In this document: positions 56,582 through 64,000 of the stretch, piece by piece
How the letters are laid out: every line of letters begins with the position of its first letter
How positions within the stretch are numbered: the stretch's first letter is position 1
NCBI GenBank assembly: GCA_020057115.1
Contig: JAGVGJ010000018.1
Coordinates: 6,067 to 70,066, forward strand
Source of the DNA: Candidatus Omnitrophota bacterium
GTDB lineage: Bacteria; Omnitrophota; Gorgyraeia; 2-01-FULL-45-10
DNA: 64,000 nucleotides
Reading direction: 5' to 3'
The notes under the pieces: model-generated
What the model was told of the DNA's origin: nothing
Seen by the model: the letters and a program-made list of their open reading frames with translations, nothing else
The model's database searches: none
Position numbers and translations under genes: made by a program

Positions 56582-58012
56582 TTAGAATTTCGTGATGACA
56601 TCGAACAAGAGCTGCTCATATGGATCGCGCTTGTCATACGATTTGATCGGTTCCATCCAGTAATATGTTATGTTGCATACCGTGTTCTTGGCCATCTGGT
56701 ATTCCATCATGAGCTTGGTGCCCCTGCCATTAGTGCCGCCTGCCGCGGGAAGCCCGTTCACGTTGGGCACGGTGATCGCGCTGGTATATGTGCCAAAACC
56801 GTAGAAATTGGAGTCGGGCATAAAGTCCGGCACGGCGTCGCGCTGGATATACCTCCACTGGGCGCTAGCCTTCCAATCACCGGGGTCTTTAAGCTTCTTC
56901 TTGCCTATATAACCACCTATGGCAGCGCCCTTGTTGAGGTTCTCATCACTCACGCTTGCATTATATATGAAATCGAACATAAACCCATGAGGTATTTTGA
57001 AATCCCCTATGCTCTGGTTGTCTATCGAGAGCAGGAGGTCAAAAACATTATATTCATACTTATACGTTCCGAGCGATGAAGGGTTTATGCCATAACCATA
57101 ATCCCCGATCCATGTCCTGGAATTCGTGCCGGCGCTGTTGGCATTAGGCGTCTTGCCCTGGAGATTGGCAAAATCATAAATAGTAGCAGAGAGGTTAACC
57201 GTCGAACCCATCGCGCCGAATGATTCTGTCTTTACGCCCGCCTGGAAGGCCCAAAGAATAGGGTCTGTATTGATGTTGGCCGACTCATCTACCCAGAGCA
57301 TGCCAATATTCGAATAGGCGTTCAATGCCGGCAGGAAACCCATATCTACACCCGGCGAAACATATTGGAACGCAAGACCGCCCGGATTTATGTCGGTATC
57401 CCAGACCAGCTCCGTATATTCAAAAGGATTTGAGAACTTGCCTGCCCAAAGCTTCATGTCGCTAAAGTAGCATTTATACTTGTCTACCATCTCCTTGGGC
57501 GCCTCAAATCTCATATAATACTGATCGAACATCACGAAAGGCTTATTGAAATATCCCGCAATAGTGTCATCGGTAGTGCGTGGATTGGTATTGCCTCCCG
57601 CAAACCTCGCTCCTGCATAAGTGATACTGTTGACCTTCCCTTCGATCGTGAAACGGCCGCGGATGCTCTGCTGGATCCTCTGCTTCCTGAGATCGTTTGC
57701 ATTTGTCGGAGCTGTTGTTTGCGGCTGGTTCTGGGCCGTCTTGCCCCAATCACCCCTGGTGCGGTACCTGACATCCCCGCCCATCTTAACCCTCTCGATC
57801 CACTCCGGAACTGTCACGGACGAGGTCTTCGGAAGATCTTTCTGCTCCTTGACTATAGTCTCCTTGAAAGTCTTAGCCTCATCCTGCGTAACTACACCTT
57901 TTACCACCAGAAGATTCAACAGCCGCTCTACTTCCGTCTCGGCGCTTGCAATGGGCGCCAAGAGCATCATGCCAACCAAAACACAACTCGCAACAGCCAA
58001 TATCTTTCCCAT
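56582..58012 (-). CDS. Putative outer-membrane porin
   Basis: Signal peptide (ASA), LLNLLVVKGVVT helix, GGDVRYR, LVWD.D..P.G, amphipathic strands, C-terminal Phe. Confidence 0.8.
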   Translation of the reverse strand: MGKILAVASCVLVGMMLLAPIASAETEVERLLNLLVVKGVVTQDEAKTFKETIVKEQKDLPKTSSVTVPEWIERVKMGGDVRYRTRGDWGKTAQNQPQTTAPTNANDLRKQRIQQSIRGRFTIEGKVNSITYAGARFAGGNTNPRTTDDTIAGYFNKPFVMFDQYYMRFEAPKEMVDKYKCYFSDMKLWAGKFSNPFEYTELVWDTDINPGGLAFQYVSPGVDMGFLPALNAYSNIGMLWVDESANINTDPILWAFQAGVKTESFGAMGSTVNLSATIYDFANLQGKTPNANSAGTNSRTWIGDYGYGINPSSLGTYKYEYNVFDLLLSIDNQSIGDFKIPHGFMFDFIYNASVSDENLNKGAAIGGYIGKKKLKDPGDWKASAQWRYIQRDAVPDFMPDSNFYGFGTYTSAITVPNVNGLPAAGGTNGRGTKLMMEYQMAKNTVCNITYYWMEPIKSYDKRDPYEQLLFDVITKF

Positions 58013-58110
58013 CGCTCCCTCCCTTGTTTCGTTGCCCCAGTTGGCTGGTCAACTAACTGTTAATATTTTATTTCTGTGGCCTTATCGCGGATGTCCGCTC
58101 CTGCAAACCG

Positions 58111-58605
58111 CTAGATTAACTTCTCTCCCAAGCTAAGCGCGGTCCTGGCTAGCGATTTAAGCTCTTCTATCTTTTTGATCCTTTGGGAACATATAGAGGC
58201 TACCCTCTTATCTTCTTCGCTGAATTCACTGCCCGTAGATTGAATTATCTCTTTAAACTCATCCGTAATAGCGGACACCTCGTCTATCCTCCTCCTGGCT
58301 CCGGACTTTACTTTACTAAGGATCACTTTCTTGATATCGAGTTCAGCTTCATAATAATCTCTTCGGCATCCCTTGACCCAGATCTTCCTCACAGCCCCCC
58401 ATTTCTCAAGCTCCCTGATATTTATGCTCACGTTACCTTTGCTGACTCCCAGCCTTGCCGCAAGCTCATCCAGACACATATGTTTATCGCTTAGATAGAG
58501 CACTGTATATAGCTGAGCGACAAACTTATTAAGGCCGAAGCTATCGCAAAGTTTTGCTACGCTGTTTATAAACTTGTCCTGCGCCATTTCTAATTTCCTA
58601 TGCAT
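58111..58605 (-). CDS. GbsR/MarR-family transcriptional regulator
   Basis: FGL...AQLY.VLYLS...LDEL...LGVSKGNVS..IREL..WG.V, RRDYYEAE. Confidence 0.88.
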   Translation of the reverse strand: MHRKLEMAQDKFINSVAKLCDSFGLNKFVAQLYTVLYLSDKHMCLDELAARLGVSKGNVSINIRELEKWGAVRKIWVKGCRRDYYEAELDIKKVILSKVKSGARRRIDEVSAITDEFKEIIQSTGSEFSEEDKRVASICSQRIKKIEELKSLARTALSLGEKLI

Positions 58606-58629
58606 ATGATCCGCCTCTCTGTTTTCAAT

Positions 58630-58647
58630 GTTTAAAATGTTCTAAAC
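58630..58647. promoter_or_regulatory. Candidate operator, imperfect inverted repeat GTTTAAAA-TG-TTCTAAAC
   Basis: 7/8 symmetric arms overlapping the predicted transcription start of the regulator gene. Confidence 0.55.
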
Positions 58648-58649
58648 GA

Positions 58650-58678
58650 ATTATACATACGAAACGCACATTCGTCAA
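58650..58678 (-). promoter_or_regulatory. Near-consensus sigma70 promoter
   Basis: Minus strand TTGACG (58678-58673), 17 nt, TATAAT (58655-58650), with an A-tract upstream. Confidence 0.8.
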
Positions 58679-58737
58679 CACATTTTTTGTGATTATTTCT
58701 TTAGGATGGAAGGATGTATGACCGCTGGAAAAAGCCG

Positions 58738-59928
58738 TTATCTGAGAATGCGCTTATAAACGGCCTCATATATCGAGAGACCGAATTTTGAAGACAAATT
58801 TTCGGCCGCTAGTGCTTCGCAGCGCTTTTGAAGGGCCGGGCCTTCTTTGATAAGTAATTCTAGTTCTTTAACAGATCTTGCATATGATCCTTCATCTAAA
58901 CACCTTACAACAACCCCTACCCTATTCTTTATTATCATATCTTCCACATCTCCCATCCCGGCGTTTATCACTATGGGAAGGCCTGCGGCAAGATATTCGG
59001 CGATCTTTATTGGGAATGAGTCGAGCCGTTCGTTAGGACACTTGAAGAGGACGCCTGCTGTAGCGCCCCAAAGATTCTTCGGAACATCTTTGTATGCGGC
59101 TTTCGTAACGGTGACACCATCCAGGCCCTTATCTTTGGCGATGCGCGCAACCAACCCTTCCTTATCGTCTGTCAGGAACAGGCACTCCGAATTCAAACGC
59201 GCAGTCTTTAACGCCTTGAAGAGGTCGAGCATCTCGGGTATCATATACCATCCTGACAATGAACCCAGGTACACAAGCCGCATGTCGCCGCCCGGCTGCA
59301 CATAGGCATGTTCTTTTTTCTCTTCGAAACGCTGGACATCGACGCAGCACGGAAGGACCGTTATTCTTGGGACTTTCTTGCGGCCGCCAAAAAGCTTCTC
59401 AAGCTCTTCCTTGTGAGTTCTGGTCTCGACAATGACCTCGTCGGAATTAAGTACGCATAACTTTTCGAGGGATACAAGCATCCGGTATGTGATGGACTCC
59501 CGTTTTATCCTGCCATTCAGCCTGTAAGCCTCGGCGAGAGAGCTCTTCATGTCGAATATGAACTTCACGCCAGCGAGCTTAGCGGGGATCATGGCTATGC
59601 ATGCGCCCATTATCCCGCGAGCATGGATAATCTTTATCTTCTTTGTAAGGCATGCCCACAAAACGACTATCGAACCTATCTTTATATCAAACCACTTTGC
59701 CAGGAGAAGGGGCCTGGAGTGGAACTTAAGCCTTATCCATTCTATCCCGGCATCATTTAACTGCTTTGATATGTCGGCGCCTTGCGAAAAGTCTTTTTCA
59801 AATGATAAAAAATAGAACTTTATCCCTATTTGCGATAATGCAGATATATAAGGCAGGACCTGCGACCTGACCAGAGGCTCTGTCGCCGCATTGTATGATA
59901 CGAATAAAGCCTTCTTATCTTTTGGCAT
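58738..59928 (-). CDS. GT4-family glycosyltransferase
   Basis: SQVLPY, IHAR, FDMK, PCCVD, YLGSL.GWY, FPIKIAEYLAAGLP. Confidence 0.88.
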   Translation of the reverse strand: MPKDKKALFVSYNAATEPLVRSQVLPYISALSQIGIKFYFLSFEKDFSQGADISKQLNDAGIEWIRLKFHSRPLLLAKWFDIKIGSIVVLWACLTKKIKIIHARGIMGACIAMIPAKLAGVKFIFDMKSSLAEAYRLNGRIKRESITYRMLVSLEKLCVLNSDEVIVETRTHKEELEKLFGGRKKVPRITVLPCCVDVQRFEEKKEHAYVQPGGDMRLVYLGSLSGWYMIPEMLDLFKALKTARLNSECLFLTDDKEGLVARIAKDKGLDGVTVTKAAYKDVPKNLWGATAGVLFKCPNERLDSFPIKIAEYLAAGLPIVINAGMGDVEDMIIKNRVGVVVRCLDEGSYARSVKELELLIKEGPALQKRCEALAAENLSSKFGLSIYEAVYKRILR

Positions 59929-61393
59929 CGGTCTTATTTAACTTTCTAAGTCTAAAAAATGCGTTCACGGTCTTAACGCCTGTGCCCCAGAACTGAGTAG
60001 CCAGGAGGAATATAAGCCTGACGGGATTCTTCATATTATCTTTTATGAAGTTCTTGAGATTTGTAGGAAGGATGACCTTGAAACGGGCCAGTAAATACAT
60101 CTTCTCAAAATCTTCTTTCGACATGGCGGCGTAAGATACGCTCGACATCACCGGGTCGCCTATCTCGTCCCACGGAGGTATGGGCTTGCCGGACTCCTTA
60201 AGTTCCTTATAAACGCTTGTCCCGGGAAGCGGCATAAATATATTGAAGCCGACGTTCGAAGGCTTTATCTTTTCAAGGAACTTTATGGTCTCGGCAAAGT
60301 CCTCTTTAGTCTCGCCTGGATAACCGACTATGATATTCGCTTGAAAACGCATGCCGGCCTTTCTGGTAAGAAGCGCGGCCTGGGTATTCTCTTCGACCTT
60401 CGAGACCTTATTCATGGCATCCAGGATCCTTTGGCTGCCGGACTCAAAACCGTATTCGACCCCGACACAGCCGGCGCGCTTCATGAGCTCGAGCATGGCC
60501 GGATCTATGACATTGACCCTCGCCTGGGCGAACCACTTTAGCTTCTTCGACCACGGCTGTTTTATAAATTCTTCAAGGAGCTCTGTCGCGCGCTTCTTCG
60601 ATGCAAGGAACATGTCCTCGGCGAAATAGAGGGCCTCCGCATTATATTTATTCACCAGGTTGTCTATCTCGGCGATTACCCTTTTCGTTGAATGGTAACG
60701 TACTTTGCCGGGGAATACTATGGGCCCGGCGCAGAAATTACATCTATAGGGACAGCCGCGCGCTGTAAAGATAGACGTGGTCCTAAGGCTCAGGTTCCTA
60801 GACGTGAATCTGCTCGGCCTTAAGTAGAATTCCATGTCGAGCAAGTGGTGCGCGGGCAGCGGCAGGCTGTCCAGGTCTATGATATGCGGCCGCGGATCGT
60901 TCAGCGAGACCTTCCCGTCTTTTCGGTAAGCTATACCTTTTAAGTCCGGAAGTTTTGTGCCTCTCAAGAGATCGAGCCAGGTCTCCTCACCCTCGCCTGC
61001 CATGGCGATATCGAGACTGGAAAATTCTTCAAGCGTCTCTACCGGAAGGGCTGTCGCATGCGGCCCGCCTATGACGATCAGCGTCTCCGGGGTCTCGCGT
61101 TTTATCATCTTCGAGATATCGTTCACGTCGAGCATATTGGGCGTAGTTGCGCTGATCCCGATGAAGTCGGGATTAAAATTATTTATTTCGGACATCATGA
61201 CTTCGTCCGTCTTGTTGAAATCAAGCCCCTCCTTCCTCAAAACGACATCCCTGTCAAAGATCTTGACGGCATGGCCCGCCTTCTCCATGACAGCTGCGAT
61301 ATAGGCCAGGCCAAGCGGCGGCCAGAACTGCTTATTCTCATCGACCTTTGCCCTTTTTCGGGAAAGGAGCGGATATATCAGGAATATCTTCAT
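59915..61393 (-). CDS. B12-binding radical SAM protein
   Basis: PPLGLAYIAA, GGPHAT, GEGE, TARGCPYRCNFC, GFESGS, GYPGET, PLPGT. Confidence 0.93.
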   Translation of the reverse strand: MKIFLIYPLLSRKRAKVDENKQFWPPLGLAYIAAVMEKAGHAVKIFDRDVVLRKEGLDFNKTDEVMMSEINNFNPDFIGISATTPNMLDVNDISKMIKRETPETLIVIGGPHATALPVETLEEFSSLDIAMAGEGEETWLDLLRGTKLPDLKGIAYRKDGKVSLNDPRPHIIDLDSLPLPAHHLLDMEFYLRPSRFTSRNLSLRTTSIFTARGCPYRCNFCAGPIVFPGKVRYHSTKRVIAEIDNLVNKYNAEALYFAEDMFLASKKRATELLEEFIKQPWSKKLKWFAQARVNVIDPAMLELMKRAGCVGVEYGFESGSQRILDAMNKVSKVEENTQAALLTRKAGMRFQANIIVGYPGETKEDFAETIKFLEKIKPSNVGFNIFMPLPGTSVYKELKESGKPIPPWDEIGDPVMSSVSYAAMSKEDFEKMYLLARFKVILPTNLKNFIKDNMKNPVRLIFLLATQFWGTGVKTVNAFFRLRKLNKTDAKR

Positions 61394-62688
61394 TTGACCT
61401 TCCCCCGATCCTTGAAGTCACTGATCTTAACCATCCCATAAGCGGCGAATATGATAAAAACAGGGACTATCATGTCTCTGTGCCTCAGGAGCGTCTCGTA
61501 ATTTGCCTCGGAAAGCCCGATCGTAGAGCTGAACAGCACTGCAACCATGATGAGGGACAGCCTCTCTATCGTCATCTTTTTAAAGCAGGTGCAGACGCCT
61601 GCTGCGGCAAAAACGAGCACCGCATACCAGGCAAGCATCTGCGGCATCACTATAGCCTGGCCGGCCTTATGGAATGCGAAAAGCGATGGTTCGAATAGAA
61701 ACACATACATGGCATTCAGATATCCCGTAAATAGCTGAGGGATGGATATGGCATCCGGCGACATGGCTTTTCCCAGATTTGCATACGAGTAGTAGCTGTC
61801 CGGCAGCAGCCTGAAGGTAAATCCTCCGAGATAGCTCAGCCCCAGATGATAATTCAGCATCAATGCCAGTTTTGTCCTGATAAAAGTGAGGAGCTTGTCG
61901 CTCACCGGCTGGCAAGCGAGCAGCGCTCCGGCGAATGTAAAGGCTACCCATCTGTAGGAATATGCGAACCTGATAAACAGATACAACAGAAGGAACGCGA
62001 TAAGGACGAGCATCGCATTTATCCTTAAAAAATATAAAAACATCAAGCCTACGAATATCCAGACGGCCGCCATGATCAGCTCTTTCGCATTTTCTGTCTT
62101 TCTGATTCGCAGTATCTGTGATATGACCAGAATGGTCGCTAGATTTATCAAAGTGTCTCGCTGGAGGCTAGACGAATAAAGAACGAAGGAAGGCATAAAA
62201 AGCGCTATGGCGAAAGATATGCGGCCGACCTGCTCATCAAAAACCCTGGAAGCGATACGATATGTTATAAAAGCGGTGAGAACGCTTATGCCTCCCATAA
62301 AAAATCGTAACAAAACAGGCGCATAGCCGAATAAAAAATAGAACCAGCCTATTATGTAAGAATACAGCCCAACCCCATACCTTCCCATCGACGGCAATAA
62401 ACCTTCGAAATTCACGATAGTCCCAAACAGGCCGCCTATAATGGAATAGTCGTTCGGCACATATATGGCGGGCAGGATAAAAACATTTAACCCTTTTAAT
62501 ACAAGCGCTATGTACCATCCCATTATGGAGTAAGCCTCGCCGTCAAAAGCATACAAGGGCCTCTTTAAAGCCTCGACAAATATATGGTAATATGCGGTGC
62601 TGAAACAGAACCGCACAAAAAGCGCAAAGATAGCAAGTTTTAAGCAAAACACCGAACTCTTCTCTTCTCTGAATAACTTTCTTAGCAT
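61390..62688 (-). CDS. Multi-pass membrane protein, Wzy-like polymerase or GT-C type
   Basis: About 10 hydrophobic segments, FDGEAY, PS..LYSS.LQRD, N..TLLRHR. Likely ATG at 62688. Confidence 0.65.
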   Translation of the reverse strand: MLRKLFREEKSSVFCLKLAIFALFVRFCFSTAYYHIFVEALKRPLYAFDGEAYSIMGWYIALVLKGLNVFILPAIYVPNDYSIIGGLFGTIVNFEGLLPSMGRYGVGLYSYIIGWFYFLFGYAPVLLRFFMGGISVLTAFITYRIASRVFDEQVGRISFAIALFMPSFVLYSSSLQRDTLINLATILVISQILRIRKTENAKELIMAAVWIFVGLMFLYFLRINAMLVLIAFLLLYLFIRFAYSYRWVAFTFAGALLACQPVSDKLLTFIRTKLALMLNYHLGLSYLGGFTFRLLPDSYYSYANLGKAMSPDAISIPQLFTGYLNAMYVFLFEPSLFAFHKAGQAIVMPQMLAWYAVLVFAAAGVCTCFKKMTIERLSLIMVAVLFSSTIGLSEANYETLLRHRDMIVPVFIIFAAYGMVKISDFKDRGKVK

Positions 62689-64000
62689 CCTCTGCACCTC
62701 ATCCGGAACATCCAGGAAAAAGATATCCCGAGCATTAGCATAAATATTCCGCCGCACAGATAGAGCGACTCGTAAAGCCCCTTCGGCTTAAAGATAAACC
62801 GCACAAACCTGTCGCCCCTCTTCACTTCGACGCCCCTGAAAGCATAGTCAGCCTTCATGACTTTTCGCTCTTTTCCGTCAACATACGCCCGCCATCCCGG
62901 GAAATATGTGTCCGACGCGACAAGCGTACCTGAAGATTTACCTCCGACATCCAGCAATATATCGCTTGGGCCGTACTTTTTTATTTCAGGGTATGTTATG
63001 CCTTTTTGGCCGCTTGCGTAACCGGAAATATCGCTATCCGATACAACCGCTTCCTTCAAAGGATCGAAAGCATCGTCTTGCAATATCCTCCACGCCTCTT
63101 CCGTGTCTTTAGCCAAATGCACCGCGCCTGTCACGAATACGCGCGGCATAACCTTTTCATTCTTATAGATCTTTATCTCTTTATCGTAGACGAGCTGCCA
63201 TCGGTCGGAAGATATGGGGCTCTTCGACATCAGGTATTTCACATTAAGGAATGGGAGGAATCTGCTGTCATGATCATTGAAACGCTCAACCACGATCTCG
63301 TCCGGCTTATCGCCCATTATGAAGCGGTAATACCACCTGGCCTGACCGATATTCTCATAACCTCTTACATCATAAAATCCATATAGCATCCCCGTGTTCG
63401 GGGGATATAGGTCGCCCCTGGGCGACTTATCTCTTTCGGAATAACCCAGGACGCGATACAGAGATCCATCTTTAGATAAAAATTCAGACGACGGCGTCTC
63501 CGGGAATGTGTTCTCAGGCTTTGAATAAGCCGGGAATGCCAGGCCATAATAGAGGAGATCAAATGCCAGGAATATAAGCGCGGCCGTCTGCCAGAACTTT
63601 TTCCTGCCAAAACTTAGGATACACATGATAAGTACCATCGATATCGATGCAAAAGCTATTGGCACCATAGCTTCCCGCGAAAACAAGAGGCTGCTGTTTT
63701 CCTTCTTAAGCATGTTAAGGTATTCCACGAACTTGTAAATACTCTTCAGACTATGCGACCGATCGAATACCATCGAAGAGGCGCTTCTCTCGACCGATAC
63801 GAGGGACGAGCCGATCTTCTTCGAGTCTATATTCGAGAGTATACCGAGCCCAAGGAATACCATGACTATTAATAAAAATACGACGAGCGTTGTCCGCCCC
63901 ATCGCCTTCTTCTTCAGACCCTCGCCAGATATAGCGGTAGCGCCCCATCCTGCCATGACAGCCATTGAGAATGCATAGATCGTCGTGAGCCTGTAATGGT
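62682..64000 (-). CDS. YfhO-family GT-C membrane protein, 5' end outside window
   Basis: Frame stays open to the window edge. PN...YG..DVRGY, LNVKY, N..VMPR, SDTYFPGWRAYVDG, ADYAFRGV, C-terminal TM. Confidence 0.85.
   Translation of the reverse strand, partial: HYRLTTIYAFSMAVMAGWGATAISGEGLKKKAMGRTTLVVFLLIVMVFLGLGILSNIDSKKIGSSLVSVERSASSMVFDRSHSLKSIYKFVEYLNMLKKENSSLLFSREAMVPIAFASISMVLIMCILSFGRKKFWQTAALIFLAFDLLYYGLAFPAYSKPENTFPETPSSEFLSKDGSLYRVLGYSERDKSPRGDLYPPNTGMLYGFYDVRGYENIGQARWYYRFIMGDKPDEIVVERFNDHDSRFLPFLNVKYLMSKSPISSDRWQLVYDKEIKIYKNEKVMPRVFVTGAVHLAKDTEEAWRILQDDAFDPLKEAVVSDSDISGYASGQKGITYPEIKKYGPSDILLDVGGKSSGTLVASDTYFPGWRAYVDGKERKVMKADYAFRGVEVKRGDRFVRFIFKPKGLYESLYLCGGIFMLMLGISFSWMFRMRCRGC

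Noticed and set aside
13343-62757. Extended N-termini given by the ORF track (starts at 14110, 20863, 27048, 35220, 37682, 54005 and 62757)
   Set aside because: They overlap upstream genes more deeply than needed. Internal ATGs at or near the upstream stop codon match the expected domain starts.

Overview
This is a bacterial window from a diderm (LPS, porin and O-antigen ligase genes). The gene style suggests an uncultured lineage such as Candidatus Omnitrophota, which is inference only. About 55 supportable CDS all lie on the minus strand, mostly abutting or overlapping. In transcription order (right to left) the window holds three blocks. (1) A ~52 kb cell-envelope glycan locus (64000 to ~12200) with GT2, GT4, GT9, GT28 and GT-C glycosyltransferases, WecA, WaaL, Wzx and GmhB. 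It has an unusually heavy tailoring set: four B12-dependent radical SAM enzymes, one SPASM/Twitch radical SAM, five class I methyltransferases, a FemAB-like protein, an AsnB-like amidotransferase, an SGNH protein and a deacetylase. Embedded in it is a sulfur module: GbsR-type regulator, porin, SsuABC-like importer, CysD/CysN without CysC, and two AlkP-superfamily enzymes. (2) Family 4 UDG, priA, a ~400 bp highly structured intergenic region, a TMTC-like TPR glycosyltransferase, a membrane spermidine-synthase-like protein and fmt. (3) A separately promoted operon: unknown CBS-domain protein, a GalT paralog lacking the catalytic His, an intact GalT-family enzyme, and gap (truncated at the window edge). 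I found no rRNA, tRNA, CRISPR array or transposase. The best novelty candidates are the sulfur-to-glycan module, the GalT/pseudo-GalT/CBS operon and the G-A-rich structured elements. All product calls come from motif recognition by eye, with no database searches.
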